Source: an uncultured Methanoregulaceae archaeon
Lineage (GTDB): Archaea > Halobacteriota > Methanomicrobia > Methanomicrobiales > Methanospirillaceae
NCBI GenBank assembly: GCA_963841015.1
Contig: CAWJAX010000003.1
Span: 576,001-640,000, forward strand
Reading direction: 5' to 3'
Length of the DNA stretch: 64,000 nt
Part shown: piece after piece, positions 1-11,190 of the stretch
How the letters are laid out: every line of letters starts with the position of its first letter
How positions within the stretch are numbered: the first letter of the stretch is position 1
Notes under the pieces: generated by a model
What the model saw: the letters and a program-made list of their open reading frames with translations, nothing else
Databases searched by the model: none
Told to the model about the DNA's origin: nothing
Translations under genes and position numbers: made by a program

Positions 1-1161
1 GATAAGATCCCGGGGTCCTGCATTCCCATAGGAAATCCTCGCCGCAATTCTTTCAATATCGGCGCACCGGGTAAGCAGGGTCCTGAGTGCAAGTCGTTCA
101 GGAGTACAGGCAATGAAAAATTCAACCGCATCCAGCCGTTTATTGATTTCATCGATATCGCTAAACGGGCGGGAGAGATTACCCGTCAGCAGCCGGCTTC
201 CCATAGGTGTTTTTGTCAGGTCAAGACTGGATAAAAGGGTTGTCCCTTTTGTTTCGAGGCGGATACTTTCTTTCACTTCAAGGTTACGCAACGTGATGGC
301 GTCAAGCATAAGCCCCTGTGCAGGTGAACGCAAAAAAAGACTGCTTATGTGGGTGAGCGGTGAGTTCTGCGTCTCTTTAGCATAGGCAAGTGCTGCACCA
401 GCCGCCCCTATGGCTGCAGGAGACCCGTCGCATCCATACCCGGCAAGTGAAGCAACATGGAAGTGTTCCAGAAGGGTACGTCGTGCCTGTTGTTCGGAAA
501 AAACCTCGTCTTTATAGATTGTAACAACGACCCCCCGGTCCCGTACACGTTCCATCAGATCGGCCGGGATTGTTGAAGGCAGGATACATTCTGCCGGGCG
601 GTAGCGGGCGATCTCAGAAAGGATATTCTGGAAGCCGGAGTCGTTTTCCGCCATCGCAACAAAAAATTCCCCGGTCGATATATCGAGAATTGCCATTCCC
701 CAGAGATTTGTTTTCAGATCGGGGCAGAGTGCGAGCAGGCAGGAAGAAGCCAAGGAGGAAAGCATTGCAGAATCGATCACCGTACCAGGAGTTATCACCC
801 GTACCAGCTCGCGTTTTACGATTCCTTTTATGTTTTTTGTATCCCCGACCTGATCGACAATGGCTACTTTGTATCCCTTCCCGACAAGTTTGGTAATGTA
901 CCCGTCTGCAGCATGGTAGGGCACACCGGCAAGAGGGATCCGGTTATCACCGCTTTTTGAGCGCGAGGTAAGAACAATTTCCAGTTCCCGTGAAATGAGT
1001 TCCGCATCGCTTTCAAATGTCTCATAAAAGTCACCGATGCGGAAAAACAGGATGGTGTCCGGATACTTTTCCTTGATCTCCCGATACTGCCGCATCACCG
1101 GAGTGAGACGGGCACCATTTTCACTATCAGCGGGGTGATCTTTGGGAGACACGTGCTTCAT
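1..1161 (-). CDS. mutS: DNA mismatch repair protein MutS (5' part, runs off window start)
   Basis: Manual reverse translation from ATG at 1161: MKHVSPKDHPADSENGARLTPVMRQYREIKEKYPDTILFFRIGDFYETFE...LAGVPYHAADGY, the MutS-I N-terminal mismatch-binding signature (GDFYE). Absent from the ORF track because its stop lies outside the window. Confidence 0.95.
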   Translation of the reverse strand, partial: MKHVSPKDHPADSENGARLTPVMRQYREIKEKYPDTILFFRIGDFYETFESDAELISRELEIVLTSRSKSGDNRIPLAGVPYHAADGYITKLVGKGYKVAIVDQVGDTKNIKGIVKRELVRVITPGTVIDSAMLSSLASSCLLALCPDLKTNLWGMAILDISTGEFFVAMAENDSGFQNILSEIARYRPAECILPSTIPADLMERVRDRGVVVTIYKDEVFSEQQARRTLLEHFHVASLAGYGCDGSPAAIGAAGAALAYAKETQNSPLTHISSLFLRSPAQGLMLDAITLRNLEVKESIRLETKGTTLLSSLDLTKTPMGSRLLTGNLSRPFSDIDEINKRLDAVEFFIACTPERLALRTLLTRCADIERIAARISYGNAGPRDLI

Positions 1162-1223
1162 GTATGCAGAAAAATTGCCTCCGGATCAATTAATACCGAT
1201 CTTATGGCAATGCCCGAAATGCT

Positions 1224-1955
1224 TCATGAGCGCCTGAGAACATACCAGACCATCAGCGGAGATGAGATCACAAGCGCGATAATCTCAGACATGAGACCGA
1301 AAGCAAAACCAATCCCTATGAAACGGGAGATTTCCTCCAGCAGACTTACCGCCAGGGTAAGGTTACTCCAGAGGATCAGTATGCCGACAAGGGTAATCAT
1401 GCCGATCCCTATTGCCGCATTTTTCATATCCTGCGTACTCGGGGCAAGCGACAATACGAGCGTGAGCGTCAGGTAAAGGTAGAGAAGGAACCAGGGGTTG
1501 AACTGGATAATAAGGTTCCAGGTAAACATACCGAAGATTCCTATTAACAGTCCAAAAAGCGCATCCGTTGAATCAACACCCACCGGTAAGGGAGGGAAAA
1601 CGCAGCCAAGATACTGCGAAAATAACCACGTGCATCCCGCCAGCACAAGAGGAATACAGATGAGGGGTGCCGTACTGATTACAACATCACCAAGACAGGG
1701 AATTTTTGAAGAAGTATGGGTTACAGAACCCCCCGTTTCTGAAAAAAACACTACTTTTTTTACTTTTGCACCGGTGATAAGGCATCCGAAAATATGGCTG
1801 CATTCATGCACGATAACACCGGGAGCGCGGATAAAATAATAAAAAGATCGTAAGGGAATTACCCGGGCCCAGAGGACGTCTAGCGCCATAGAAATACCTA
1901 TCAGTCCTGTTCCTGTCAGAATAACCAAGAGAAACGGCGCTGCATGCATGTCCAT
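1224..1955 (-). CDS. Membrane-embedded HExxH metalloprotease (M50B-like)
   Basis: Multiple hydrophobic segments; PGVIVHECSHIFGC zinc motif followed by GGSV.H and AP motifs. Confidence 0.7.
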   Translation of the reverse strand: MDMHAAPFLLVILTGTGLIGISMALDVLWARVIPLRSFYYFIRAPGVIVHECSHIFGCLITGAKVKKVVFFSETGGSVTHTSSKIPCLGDVVISTAPLICIPLVLAGCTWLFSQYLGCVFPPLPVGVDSTDALFGLLIGIFGMFTWNLIIQFNPWFLLYLYLTLTLVLSLAPSTQDMKNAAIGIGMITLVGILILWSNLTLAVSLLEEISRFIGIGFAFGLMSEIIALVISSPLMVWYVLRRS

Positions 1956-2061
1956 TCAACAAGTACCTATGCTCTTTTTGAAGCAACTCCCACATAATTA
2001 CACCGCTATGTTCAGGCTGCCTGGTGAAAGTCTCATTATCTCTGACTGCCTATGAGCAGCT

Positions 2062-4215
2062 ATGACGCCGGAAGAACCGCTCCATCAGGCTCCCGCTGCA
2101 TCAGAAAAACACCATAACCGGCTCATCCACGAAAAGAGTCCGTACCTTCTCCAGCATGCACATAACCCGGTTGACTGGTATCCATGGGGAACCGAAGCGT
2201 TTACCCGTGCGGCGAGGGAAAATAAACCCGTCTTCCTTTCCATTGGTTATTCCACCTGTCACTGGTGCCATGTTATGGCGCATGAATCTTTTGAAGACAG
2301 CGGTGTTGCTGCCATACTGAATAAGGATTTCATCTGCATCAAGGTAGATCGTGAAGAACGCCCGGATATCGACAGCACCTATATGGCAGTCTGCCAGGTG
2401 ATGACCGGAAAAGGAGGATGGCCGCTCACCATTTTTTTGACCCCCGAAAAAAAACCGTTCTTTACCGGAACATACATTCCCAAAGAAAGCCGGTTTGGTA
2501 TGACCGGACTTACTGAACTGCTTCCGCGTATCTCCCGATCCTGGCAGGAGCGGCGCAACGATTTAGTTGCATCAGCAGAGGAAATAACCGCTACCCTTCG
2601 CCAGGAACAGGAATCGCACCACGAGGATATTCCGGATATTTCACTCCTCCATCAGGGTTATGAAGAACTGCTCCTGCGATTCGATGCAGAATACGGGGGG
2701 TTTGGTCGTGCACCCAAATTCCCTGCCCCGCATTCACTCCTTTTCCTGTTACGGTTCTGGAAGCGGAATGGTACTCCACGGGCGCTTACCATGGTGGAAA
2801 AGACCCTTGGTGCTCTGCGCAGCGGGGGTATCTTTGATCAGGTTGGCGGTGGATTTCACCGCTATTCAACGGATGCCCTGTGGCGGGTGCCGCACTTTGA
2901 AAAGATGTTGTACGACCAGGCACTCCTTGTGATGGCATATACCGAAGCGTATCAGGCAACACGCAATCCTGAATTCCGGAAAACTGCTGAAGAGGTGATA
3001 TCATATGTTATTCGTGACCTCGCCTCAACTGAAGGGGCCTTTTTCTCTGCAGAAGATGCAGACAGCATTGGGGGTGAAGGCGCTTTTTATCTCTGGACAA
3101 AAAGTGAGACCGGGAAGGTCCTGGGAAAGGAAGATGCAGTTGTTGCTGCCCAGATCTTTGGCATAACAGATGCCGGTAATTATCAGGATACGGGGATGGG
3201 CGGCGGACAGAATATTCTCTACCGTAAAAAAACCATCACAGAAGTAGCATCATCTTACGGCATTTCAGAAACGGATCTGGAAATACGGCTTGAATCCATC
3301 AGGACCAGACTGTTTACCGCACGGGAGCTGCGATCCCGCCCATCACTCGATGATAAAGTCCTGACCGACGGGAACGGCCTTTTTATTGCCGCGCTTGCAC
3401 GGGCAGCACGTACATTCGGCAATGAGAATTATCTCGCAGCTGCCCGGAGGGCAATGGAGTTTGTTTTAACCCGCATGCGTACTTCAGACGGTGGGCTCCT
3501 GCACCGGTATCGCGACGGTGAACCTGCGATCCCGGCATTTGGTGATGATTATGCGTTCATCATCAAAGCTTTACTTGAGTTGTACGAATCCACCTTTGAG
3601 TTATCGTACCTCATATCCGCATGTGAACTGAACACCTTTTTCCTCGCACATTTCTGGGACGAGGCCCGGGGGGGATTTTTCATGATATCGGACACTGCCG
3701 AAATCCTGCTGGGGCGTAAAAAGGAGATCTATGACGGGGCAATCCCGTCATGCAATTCAGTTGCACTTGAAAATCTGGTAAAACTCGCCCATCTCACGGG
3801 CGAAGTGTCAAATGAACAACGGGCGTCAGAACTTTCACGCTGTTTTGCTGCAGCCGTGCACCAGTCACCTTCAGCGCATGCATGGTTCCTGTGCGCTCTT
3901 GATAGTGCGATTGGACCCGTTCATGACGTTGTTATTGTTGGTGAGCGACATGCTGATGATACCCGGGCAATGATCAAAGTACTCTGGGATCACTATCTCC
4001 CCAGTGTAATGATAATCTGCAGACCAACTGGTGAAGATGATCTCCTGCTTACCAGCCTGGCGCCCTTCACTCACAATCTGAATGCAATCGGGGGGAATGC
4101 AACAGCGTATATCTGTACAGGAAATACCTGTGCCATGCCAATAACAGATCCACATAAGATGCTCGATTTGTTAAACAGGGTGAATGCAGATTCACAAATC
4201 AAAAAAAATACATAA
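2062..4215 (+). CDS. Thioredoxin domain-containing protein, YyaL/DUF255 (SSP411) family
   Basis: [47 protein letters not shown] motifs. Confidence 0.93.
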   Translation: MTPEEPLHQAPAASEKHHNRLIHEKSPYLLQHAHNPVDWYPWGTEAFTRAARENKPVFLSIGYSTCHWCHVMAHESFEDSGVAAILNKDFICIKVDREERPDIDSTYMAVCQVMTGKGGWPLTIFLTPEKKPFFTGTYIPKESRFGMTGLTELLPRISRSWQERRNDLVASAEEITATLRQEQESHHEDIPDISLLHQGYEELLLRFDAEYGGFGRAPKFPAPHSLLFLLRFWKRNGTPRALTMVEKTLGALRSGGIFDQVGGGFHRYSTDALWRVPHFEKMLYDQALLVMAYTEAYQATRNPEFRKTAEEVISYVIRDLASTEGAFFSAEDADSIGGEGAFYLWTKSETGKVLGKEDAVVAAQIFGITDAGNYQDTGMGGGQNILYRKKTITEVASSYGISETDLEIRLESIRTRLFTARELRSRPSLDDKVLTDGNGLFIAALARAARTFGNENYLAAARRAMEFVLTRMRTSDGGLLHRYRDGEPAIPAFGDDYAFIIKALLELYESTFELSYLISACELNTFFLAHFWDEARGGFFMISDTAEILLGRKKEIYDGAIPSCNSVALENLVKLAHLTGEVSNEQRASELSRCFAAAVHQSPSAHAWFLCALDSAIGPVHDVVIVGERHADDTRAMIKVLWDHYLPSVMIICRPTGEDDLLLTSLAPFTHNLNAIGGNATAYICTGNTCAMPITDPHKMLDLLNRVNADSQIKKNT

Positions 4216-4421
4216 AATATCTCAGGAGAAGCGCAATTCAATCTATAACGTTCACACCGGAATCATAAAAATCGCCAGAACAGGATGGAACCCCACCTCA
4301 GGGCCTCTCCGAGGCACAGCTGGGCAAGGAAAGGTACGGTTTTGTCCGTCATTTTACCAGAGAATTGTATTTTATTAATTCGTAGGGGGAATTCCACAGA
4401 CCTTAAAAATAACAAAAAAAA

Positions 4422-4898
4422 TCAAAGGTTTTTCAGTGCAACGAGATCCTTGACCCCTACCAGTTTCCAGACCAGCGAACGCTCCTCTTCAGCGATCGCT
4501 GCCGGCGGGTCGAGGGGAGAGTGTCCTAGTGCTGCAAGGATGTTGCAGGAGAGATTCCTCTCAACAATTAAATCAACAAATTTTTCCCGTATAATCTTCT
4601 TCTCTATCGAGTCGTGGACTTCCTCGAGGTAACCCTGGAGAGTCACAAACATGTAGGACGAGAGGTCTTTTGTGTATTTCTCAATTTCAACAGAAACATA
4701 GGGACTTTTTCGGAAATGCTCGATCTTTTTCCCGTATTTTGTTGACAGGAAGTAGAGGAATGATCCATCGAAGACATAGAGGAATGGTGCGATATAAGGA
4801 TATTTCTCACCCTGGAATGCGATCCGACAGACATATCCCTTTTCAATAAGCCGATCGTATTCCTGTTTTTCCATTCTCGGAATTTTCAAGATATCCAT
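4422..4898 (-). CDS. Pyridoxamine 5'-phosphate oxidase-like FMN-binding protein (NimA family)
   Basis: CRIAF...PYIAPFLYVFD...YF....GKKIE.FRKSPYVSVEIE pattern. Confidence 0.8.
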   Translation of the reverse strand: MDILKIPRMEKQEYDRLIEKGYVCRIAFQGEKYPYIAPFLYVFDGSFLYFLSTKYGKKIEHFRKSPYVSVEIEKYTKDLSSYMFVTLQGYLEEVHDSIEKKIIREKFVDLIVERNLSCNILAALGHSPLDPPAAIAEEERSLVWKLVGVKDLVALKNL

Positions 4899-4974
4899 AA
4901 ACTTACACCATTGGAATTCCCAACGTGACCTGATAAACTTTATTAATTTTTTTTAAAAAAATAAAAAGAAGAAA

Positions 4975-6343
4975 TTATTTCTCTACCCGTAATCCTGCCT
5001 TTTTCCATGCGGTCATCCCTCCCAATACATTTGTCATGGTGTGGTACTGGTGAAGTGCAAGAATGCTTGCCGCAAGGCTCCCCTTATAGCCGGCATCGCA
5101 ATAGACTACTATGTGTTCATTTTTGGGGATTTGGTCAAGGTGATTTGGTAGTTCCCCGATATAGATATGGTGGGCGCCAGGGATATGGCCGACAGCGTTC
5201 CAGTTTTTTATGTCCCGCACATCAAGAATGAAGGGATGTTCTTTTTCGAGACGATCCTTTAATTGCTGGACTGAACAGGTTGGGACTGTTCCAATATCCT
5301 GTGCTGCTTTAGTCCATGCGGGAAATCCTCCGGAGAGTACCCCCGCAATAGTATCATAACCAAGCCGGATAAAATGTCGGATCACCGGATCCAGATCCAG
5401 ATTGAAGTCATCAACAATAACAATCGGTCTCTGGTAATCAAGGAACCAGCCCATAAAGGCGGGGAGACCTCCCCTCCAGATGGAGAGGCTGCCCGGGATA
5501 TGACCTGCCCCAAAACTGGCAGGTGACCGTATATCAAGGATCTGGCAACCGGATTTTCGGAGCTGGTTGACTTCGGGGATCGAGAGCGGGTGCAGGTCCG
5601 GTCAGCCGGTTCAGGATCGGTGCACCATCCCGATTGTAGGTTTCCATCTGCCGGAAATAAGGAGGGGTATAGGGTGATTCGGTTACCCGCCGCGAGATAA
5701 AACGTTCAAGTCCTGATGCAAGCTGGGGATTTGTCGTTTTTTCATAACCAATGGTAGTGAATGGGTGATCAGCAATCTCGCCACCGCAAACAGAACCGGC
5801 ACCATGGGCCGGACAGAGAATCACTCCGTCACCAAGCGGCAGGATTTTATGTGCAATGCTTTCATAGATTTTTTTTGCCATCTCCGCTTTTCGTTCCTGC
5901 CCAAAAAAGTCAGTCCGGGCAATATCACCGGCAAAGAGCGTATCGCCGGAAAATACCATATATGGCTGATCAGAAACCTCAGTGTCCTGCAGCACAAGAG
6001 AAATACTCTCCTCGGTATGCCCGGGGGTCTCAAGAACCGACAACACCAGCGACCCCAGCGTGAACCGGTCTCCCTCCTTTACCGGTTTTCCATAGGTAAA
6101 CGCCATTTTTGCACCATGAAAAATCTCCGCTCCGCACCGTTGTTTGAGTTCAAGCGATCCTATGGTGTAGTCCTCATTCCGGTGTGTCTCGAAGATATGG
6201 GTAATAACCAGTTCATTCCGGCGGGCAATCTCAAGGTAGATATCGCAGTCCCGCCGTGGATCAATTACCGCTGCCCTGCCACCGGATCCAATGAGATAGG
6301 AATTATGGGCTATACCATCAGAAACAATCCTTTCGAATAACAC
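4975..6343 (-). CDS. MBL-fold hydrolase fused to two rhodanese domains (persulfide dioxygenase/sulfurtransferase-like); one +1 frameshift near 5602
   Basis: ETHRNEDY, TPGHT, GDTLF, PAHGAGSVCG in 5534..6343. Removing one base restores RLPDLHPLS...ILDIRSPASFGAGHIPGS, joining the rhodanese ORF 4975..5454 (GHIPGA, YCDAGYKG, GGMTAW). Span 1369 nt = 3n+1. Confidence 0.85.
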
Positions 6344-6428
6344 GTTGTCTTCCCCTCTATCGTGGAATTACACACCCGGTCTGTATATAGGTTATGAACC
6401 GGACAAAACCAGTAAATGAAATGTTCCC

Positions 6429-7730
6429 TTATTCAATGCTGAAGGGATACTTCAGCAGAATCGGGGTCATGTCTCCACGGAACACACGCCCGCATATGAG
6501 CTCACAGATATCCTTCAGGCTCACCGGGATGTAACCGATCACTTCAGCACTCACGTTAATCCGCCGGTGCTCAAAATCGATGAACGGATAGTGGCGGAGG
6601 TCATTGTTATGGTGATGACCGTGGATCACCCAGCCATCAAATTCTGACCGGCAATCAGCAGGATCATGAACCAGCAGGAACCGGAAACCACCATAATCAA
6701 GCAGACATGATGGAACTGCATCCGGTACTCCATCATCATGATTCCCGGTAACAAAGGTAATGTTGCCTTTGAGTTTTTGCCGGTACTGTTGAGCGGGCAA
6801 CGCTTCTGTTCCATATCGCAAATCTCCCAGATAATACACGCGGTTTGCGGGAGAAATGGTATAATTCCAGTTTTTTATCAACACATGATCCATTTCCCGG
6901 ACATCGGAAAAGAGGAACGGACGTGAACAGTAGCGGATGATATTCGCATGGCCGAGATGCAGATCAGCAATCAGGTAAATATCCTCAGGGTGTGGGGGAG
7001 AGGGATCTAATCGTTCAAATCCCGATTGCTCCCGATAAAGTGCGAGTGTTTTTTGCCAGGATTTACTGGTATGACTGTGATCACCGGTGATCCACCGTTT
7101 CTCCAGAAGATCATATTCCGTGAGGATATTTTCCCCCTGCATCACGGTAATCCTGAGTCCCGCATCATCCAGGGTGAGTGGTCGGACTGCGTGCCCTTTT
7201 CCGGGGCTGATCAATCGTCGAAGCACATTTCTCAGCCTGAAAAGAATTCCCGTGGGGATTTCCTCCTGCTGCCGGCCGGTGAGTACAGAAAATACCGTCG
7301 ATGCCTGAAGGGGATCCATACGGTTTGCTACGGTAACATGAAACCATTTGCTGTCAGGCTGGGCATCCCATAAATTGTGGCTGTGAGTAAGAGGGGAAAG
7401 CATGTCGGCTATCGAAGAGGTGAGATTTTTTAAGGAATCTGAGGGTCTGACCGGGAAGGCAATAACGCTACCGTGAATTCCCTGACGCATTTCCCACCCG
7501 TCAATAGTGAATGTGAGGGGTTTATACCCTGCTGCCACCTGGCCGAGGATGTCAATAAGCTGCTGAGGGCTGACACCTTCATTCAGGGTAAAAGGTCCAA
7601 ACAGCGTGACATGAGGATGATGTTCGAGAAAACCTTCAATAGCGAATAACCGGCCAATATAAGAAATCGTTTCCCTGATCCGCCATTTTGTCATTGCGAG
7701 GCGGATCTCAATGAGGTAGATATCGTCCAT
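6429..7730 (-). CDS. Fusion: N-terminal 2H phosphoesterase (2'-5' RNA ligase/LigT-like) + C-terminal calcineurin-like metallophosphoesterase
   Basis: Two HxT motifs (HPHVTL, WFHVTVA); C-terminal DLHLGH, LGD, GNHD, VH, HGHHH metal-binding motifs. Confidence 0.8.
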   Translation of the reverse strand: MDDIYLIEIRLAMTKWRIRETISYIGRLFAIEGFLEHHPHVTLFGPFTLNEGVSPQQLIDILGQVAAGYKPLTFTIDGWEMRQGIHGSVIAFPVRPSDSLKNLTSSIADMLSPLTHSHNLWDAQPDSKWFHVTVANRMDPLQASTVFSVLTGRQQEEIPTGILFRLRNVLRRLISPGKGHAVRPLTLDDAGLRITVMQGENILTEYDLLEKRWITGDHSHTSKSWQKTLALYREQSGFERLDPSPPHPEDIYLIADLHLGHANIIRYCSRPFLFSDVREMDHVLIKNWNYTISPANRVYYLGDLRYGTEALPAQQYRQKLKGNITFVTGNHDDGVPDAVPSCLLDYGGFRFLLVHDPADCRSEFDGWVIHGHHHNNDLRHYPFIDFEHRRINVSAEVIGYIPVSLKDICELICGRVFRGDMTPILLKYPFSIE

Positions 7731-7937
7731 GAAAGACAGTCCGGAATTAATGTCTCTATAGGGTTTCTCTGGTTAAATCCTTGATATATTTATTTTTAAA
7801 ATTCCGGATCCTCCATGAGCTGTCAATTTCTTTGCAGGGTGGAAAATTAGGATAATGCAGTCCAGGGATTACGAACAGGTTTTCTTTTTTGCCCAGACAC
7901 AGGGTCTTTTATACTCCTGCACCAGTATAGAACGACC

Positions 7938-8489
7938 ATGAAACATGCTGCATATGTGCGATATCAGCAGCAGCACCTGCGGCAAAAATTATCAATCCTG
8001 TTCAGGTTCTGCAGGCATGAAGGAATTGAAGTGGTGGTCGTACCGGATCCCCACAAGTGGATCCTCAAGAGTGAAATCAGGAAAAAAAACGATAAAATCA
8101 AACGGAAAAATATGATACTGGGTTTTATCCCGCAATTTGAATCCCGGGATTATAAAAAAAATGCTCCTGAAAATATCGGGAGTAAAAACAGATCCGGGAA
8201 AAAGGGCAGGGGGCTTCCTGAAATGAGCCATCAGATCTTTGTAACCAGCAAAAGAAAAAAAATTGAATTTGTACTATCTCATGAAATCGGGCATTACCTT
8301 GCAAAAAAATTCTACAACCAGGAATGCCTTCACCAGAATGAAGATTTTGCAAATGGAATGGCGTGGTGCATCATGAACCAGTGCCTGTACCGGTTTGATA
8401 TCGATGACGATTGCGATGATTACACAAAAAAAGCACAGACCTGTTATACCTATTTTTTTGATACAGTGAATTCCGGAAAAGCACCCTGA
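7938..8489 (+). CDS. ImmA/IrrE-like HExxH metallopeptidase
   Basis: FVLSHEIGHY followed by NEDFANGMA (E..AN.[FM]A) third-ligand motif; basic, AT-rich ORF. Confidence 0.6.
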   Translation: MKHAAYVRYQQQHLRQKLSILFRFCRHEGIEVVVVPDPHKWILKSEIRKKNDKIKRKNMILGFIPQFESRDYKKNAPENIGSKNRSGKKGRGLPEMSHQIFVTSKRKKIEFVLSHEIGHYLAKKFYNQECLHQNEDFANGMAWCIMNQCLYRFDIDDDCDDYTKKAQTCYTYFFDTVNSGKAP

Positions 8490-8865
8490 ACGGTGGCAGG
8501 TCCTTGAGAGAAACAATCCAACATATACTGCTGCATGTCTATTGCCTGCAAAAACAGGGTACAGGTTCTTGTGCTATCGATTGAGGATAGCAAAAAAACC
8601 TGCCGACGATATCGAACTTCAGAATCATAGGCACACGGTCCTGGCACATCGTGCTACAACCCAGTCACCTCTTCTCATTTCAACAGGTATTTTTGTATTT
8701 TTTTGGGTATTAACCGATACACAAGAGATGCGGACACTTTCAAGGTCAAGACGCAGAATTCGTGGGAATGCCGAATCAGTACAGGTGAATATGAGGCAGG
8801 ATATGTCAAAAACCGGATTGTAACGTCAGAGAAGATTTTCCTGGAAAAAATGAGAATAGATCATC

Positions 8866-9387
8866 CTAGACCTTATCATACGACAGCTCGTTCAAGCCAG
8901 AGCCCCTGAGTAGCATCTTGTTATTGGTGATAGAGTAGGTCTTGGTGTTCTGGAGATTGGCAAGATATTTCGATTCCAGATCAGCGGTATCAGCGCAGTA
9001 CATTTTTGTTGATGCGATAGGCCCGATAGTAATGGTTTTTCCAAATTCCGTGGTCTGTCCGGTAAGATTGTAGCCGCCATTGTAATTGTTGCATCCACCA
9101 AAACCAGTGAAGGTTCCGTCATTGTTAAACTTCAGGGTAATCTGGACATTTGGGATAACGGGCATTGATCCCGCGATTGTTGCTCCTTTAAAATTCCAGT
9201 TCCCTGTCAGTACCGGATCGGTCGCGGGACCAGAAATTACTACAACAACTGATGTAGGTACGGGTGTTGGTACGGTAGCAACCGGGGTCGGTACAGGTGT
9301 CGGTACGGGTGCCGGTGTTGTTGTGCATCCCGCTGCGAGAATGCCCACAAACAACACTGCACAAACCAGAAACAGTAAGGATTTCAT
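8866..9387 (-). CDS. META (HslJ-like) domain lipoprotein with Pro/Thr linker
   Basis: Lipobox-like LAAGC, PT-rich linker, GFGGCNNYNGGY and GPIASTKMYC...E..YL motifs. Confidence 0.85.
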   Translation of the reverse strand: MKSLLFLVCAVLFVGILAAGCTTTPAPVPTPVPTPVATVPTPVPTSVVVVISGPATDPVLTGNWNFKGATIAGSMPVIPNVQITLKFNNDGTFTGFGGCNNYNGGYNLTGQTTEFGKTITIGPIASTKMYCADTADLESKYLANLQNTKTYSITNNKMLLRGSGLNELSYDKV

Positions 9388-9515
9388 ATCACAGAAATAT
9401 TAAGATCTTATATAAATACGTTTCTTTATGGTATCGCGACAGGTAAAAGGTCTGCATTTATAATGGTAATCATCGACATACTGATTAGAGAATCGGGATT
9501 AAAAACAGAGCAAGA

Positions 9516-10211
9516 ATGACAACAACGAACGTTCAAAAACCTGTCAAGTGCCTGCTATTTGATATGGACAACACCCTGTTTGACCTTGTAGGGGCCCAGA
9601 TTGCCGCATGCGAGGCAGTTGTACAACATCTCGGGCAGGATAAAGGGGAGGAATTATTTTCCTATTTTTTAACTCCTTCCCATGGATTTGAATCCCATGA
9701 AAATATCCGCCAGTATATGAACGAGAGATGCATCCCTGTTGATGGGTTGTTCAAAAAAGCATGCCATATATACGAAATGGTGAAACTTCAGCACATTCAC
9801 CCTTATGAGGGTGTTACCGGAACACTGCAATCACTTCAACTACTGGGGTATGATATGGGAATTGTGACTGACGCTCATTCCCGGGATGCAACACGTCGTC
9901 TGGAAAAAACCGGGTTGCTGCCTTTTTTCTGCTGTATGGTCACCTATGACATGGTAAAGGTGAAAAAACCTGCACCGGAGCCTTTCCTGTTTGCCCTTGA
10001 GATAATGAAAGCCGGCGCTGATGAGGCAATTTTGATCGGGGACAGTCCACGGAGGGATATCGAGCCCGGCCACATTCTGGGCATCCGGACCGTGTATGCC
10101 CGCTATGGCGACCGGTTCTCCGATGACCGTTCAGATATTCCGGCAGATTTTGTTATTGATGCAATTGCAGATCTGCCGGCAATAATTCACGGACTTGCGA
10201 TAAAAAAATGA
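9516..10211 (+). CDS. HAD-family hydrolase
   Basis: FDMDNTL, VTD, KKPAPEPF, IGDS..RDI motifs. Confidence 0.9.
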   Translation: MTTTNVQKPVKCLLFDMDNTLFDLVGAQIAACEAVVQHLGQDKGEELFSYFLTPSHGFESHENIRQYMNERCIPVDGLFKKACHIYEMVKLQHIHPYEGVTGTLQSLQLLGYDMGIVTDAHSRDATRRLEKTGLLPFFCCMVTYDMVKVKKPAPEPFLFALEIMKAGADEAILIGDSPRRDIEPGHILGIRTVYARYGDRFSDDRSDIPADFVIDAIADLPAIIHGLAIKK

Positions 10212-10554
10212 TAACAGCTCATTTTCCCTCTATAAAATTCTGTGCTGGTACCCACAAAAAATCATTCAGGTGTGGAAAGGTCAGGGCCAGTCCATTTTTA
10301 CAATTTTTATTGTACTGGATGAATTGACGCTTTTACCTCTGCTGGAATTATCATATTTCAGGGATACAGAGAAATACGGCGAAATCGCGTGAACATACAG
10401 ATTTATTGAGGAATTCTTCGGATCCCTTATATTGTTCATGGAAATCCCGGAAATTAAAAAAAATGGCGCGATACTACGTATCCTGTATTTATCCTGTGTA
10501 TTTACATCATTTTTGACCAAAACTTAAAGAAATAAAAAGATACAATAAAAAAAT

Positions 10555-11097
10555 ATGTATGTCCCGACCAGGATCTTTTTCACCAAGGGGGTTGGTGTGC
10601 ATAAAGACCGTCTTGCATCCTTTGAACTTGCATTGAGAAAAGCCGGGGTTGAAAGGTGCAACCTTGTATACGTTTCGAGCATCTTCCCTCCAAAATGTAA
10701 ACAAATATCAAAATCAGAAGGATTGAAATGTCTCCAGTCGGGGGGTATTACTTTTTGTGTCATGGCAAGAAATGAGACCAATGAACCGAACCGCCTGGTT
10801 TCAGCCGCAATTGGCCTTGCCCTACCCAGTGATTCCGAGGAATACGGGTACTTATCTGAGCACCACGCTTTTGGTGAAACACAGGAAAAGACCGGCGAAT
10901 ATGCCGAAGATCTTGCAGCTACCATGCTTGCAACAACCCTTGGTATTGAATTTGATGTAAATGCTGCATGGTCAGAGCGGGAGCAGACCTATAAAGCGAG
11001 CGGTAAGATTATCAAAACCCAGAATGTGTGTCAGTCTGCTGAGGGGGACAAGAACGGTCTCTGGACAACAACGATCGCCGTAGCAGTCTTTTTATAA
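10555..11097 (+). CDS. pdaD: Pyruvoyl-dependent arginine decarboxylase
   Basis: [10 protein letters not shown]...[11 protein letters not shown] self-cleavage Ser-Ser site, [20 protein letters not shown]. Confidence 0.92.
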   Translation: MYVPTRIFFTKGVGVHKDRLASFELALRKAGVERCNLVYVSSIFPPKCKQISKSEGLKCLQSGGITFCVMARNETNEPNRLVSAAIGLALPSDSEEYGYLSEHHAFGETQEKTGEYAEDLAATMLATTLGIEFDVNAAWSEREQTYKASGKIIKTQNVCQSAEGDKNGLWTTTIAVAVFL

Positions 11098-11190
11098 CCT
11101 TTTTTTAACGAAAAAATGGTTAAAATACCTTTTCCCTGATAGTATTCCTGATAATTTTTTTAAAAGACAAACCATTGGAGCCTTAAAAAA

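Noticed and set aside
4230-4400. Short hairpins in intergenic regions (GCCTC-TCC-GAGGC at ~4302; GGACAG-TGC-CTGTCC at ~56652) as ncRNA
   Set aside because: Stems of 5-6 bp between convergent genes with no recognisable family motif; compatible with chance or termination signals
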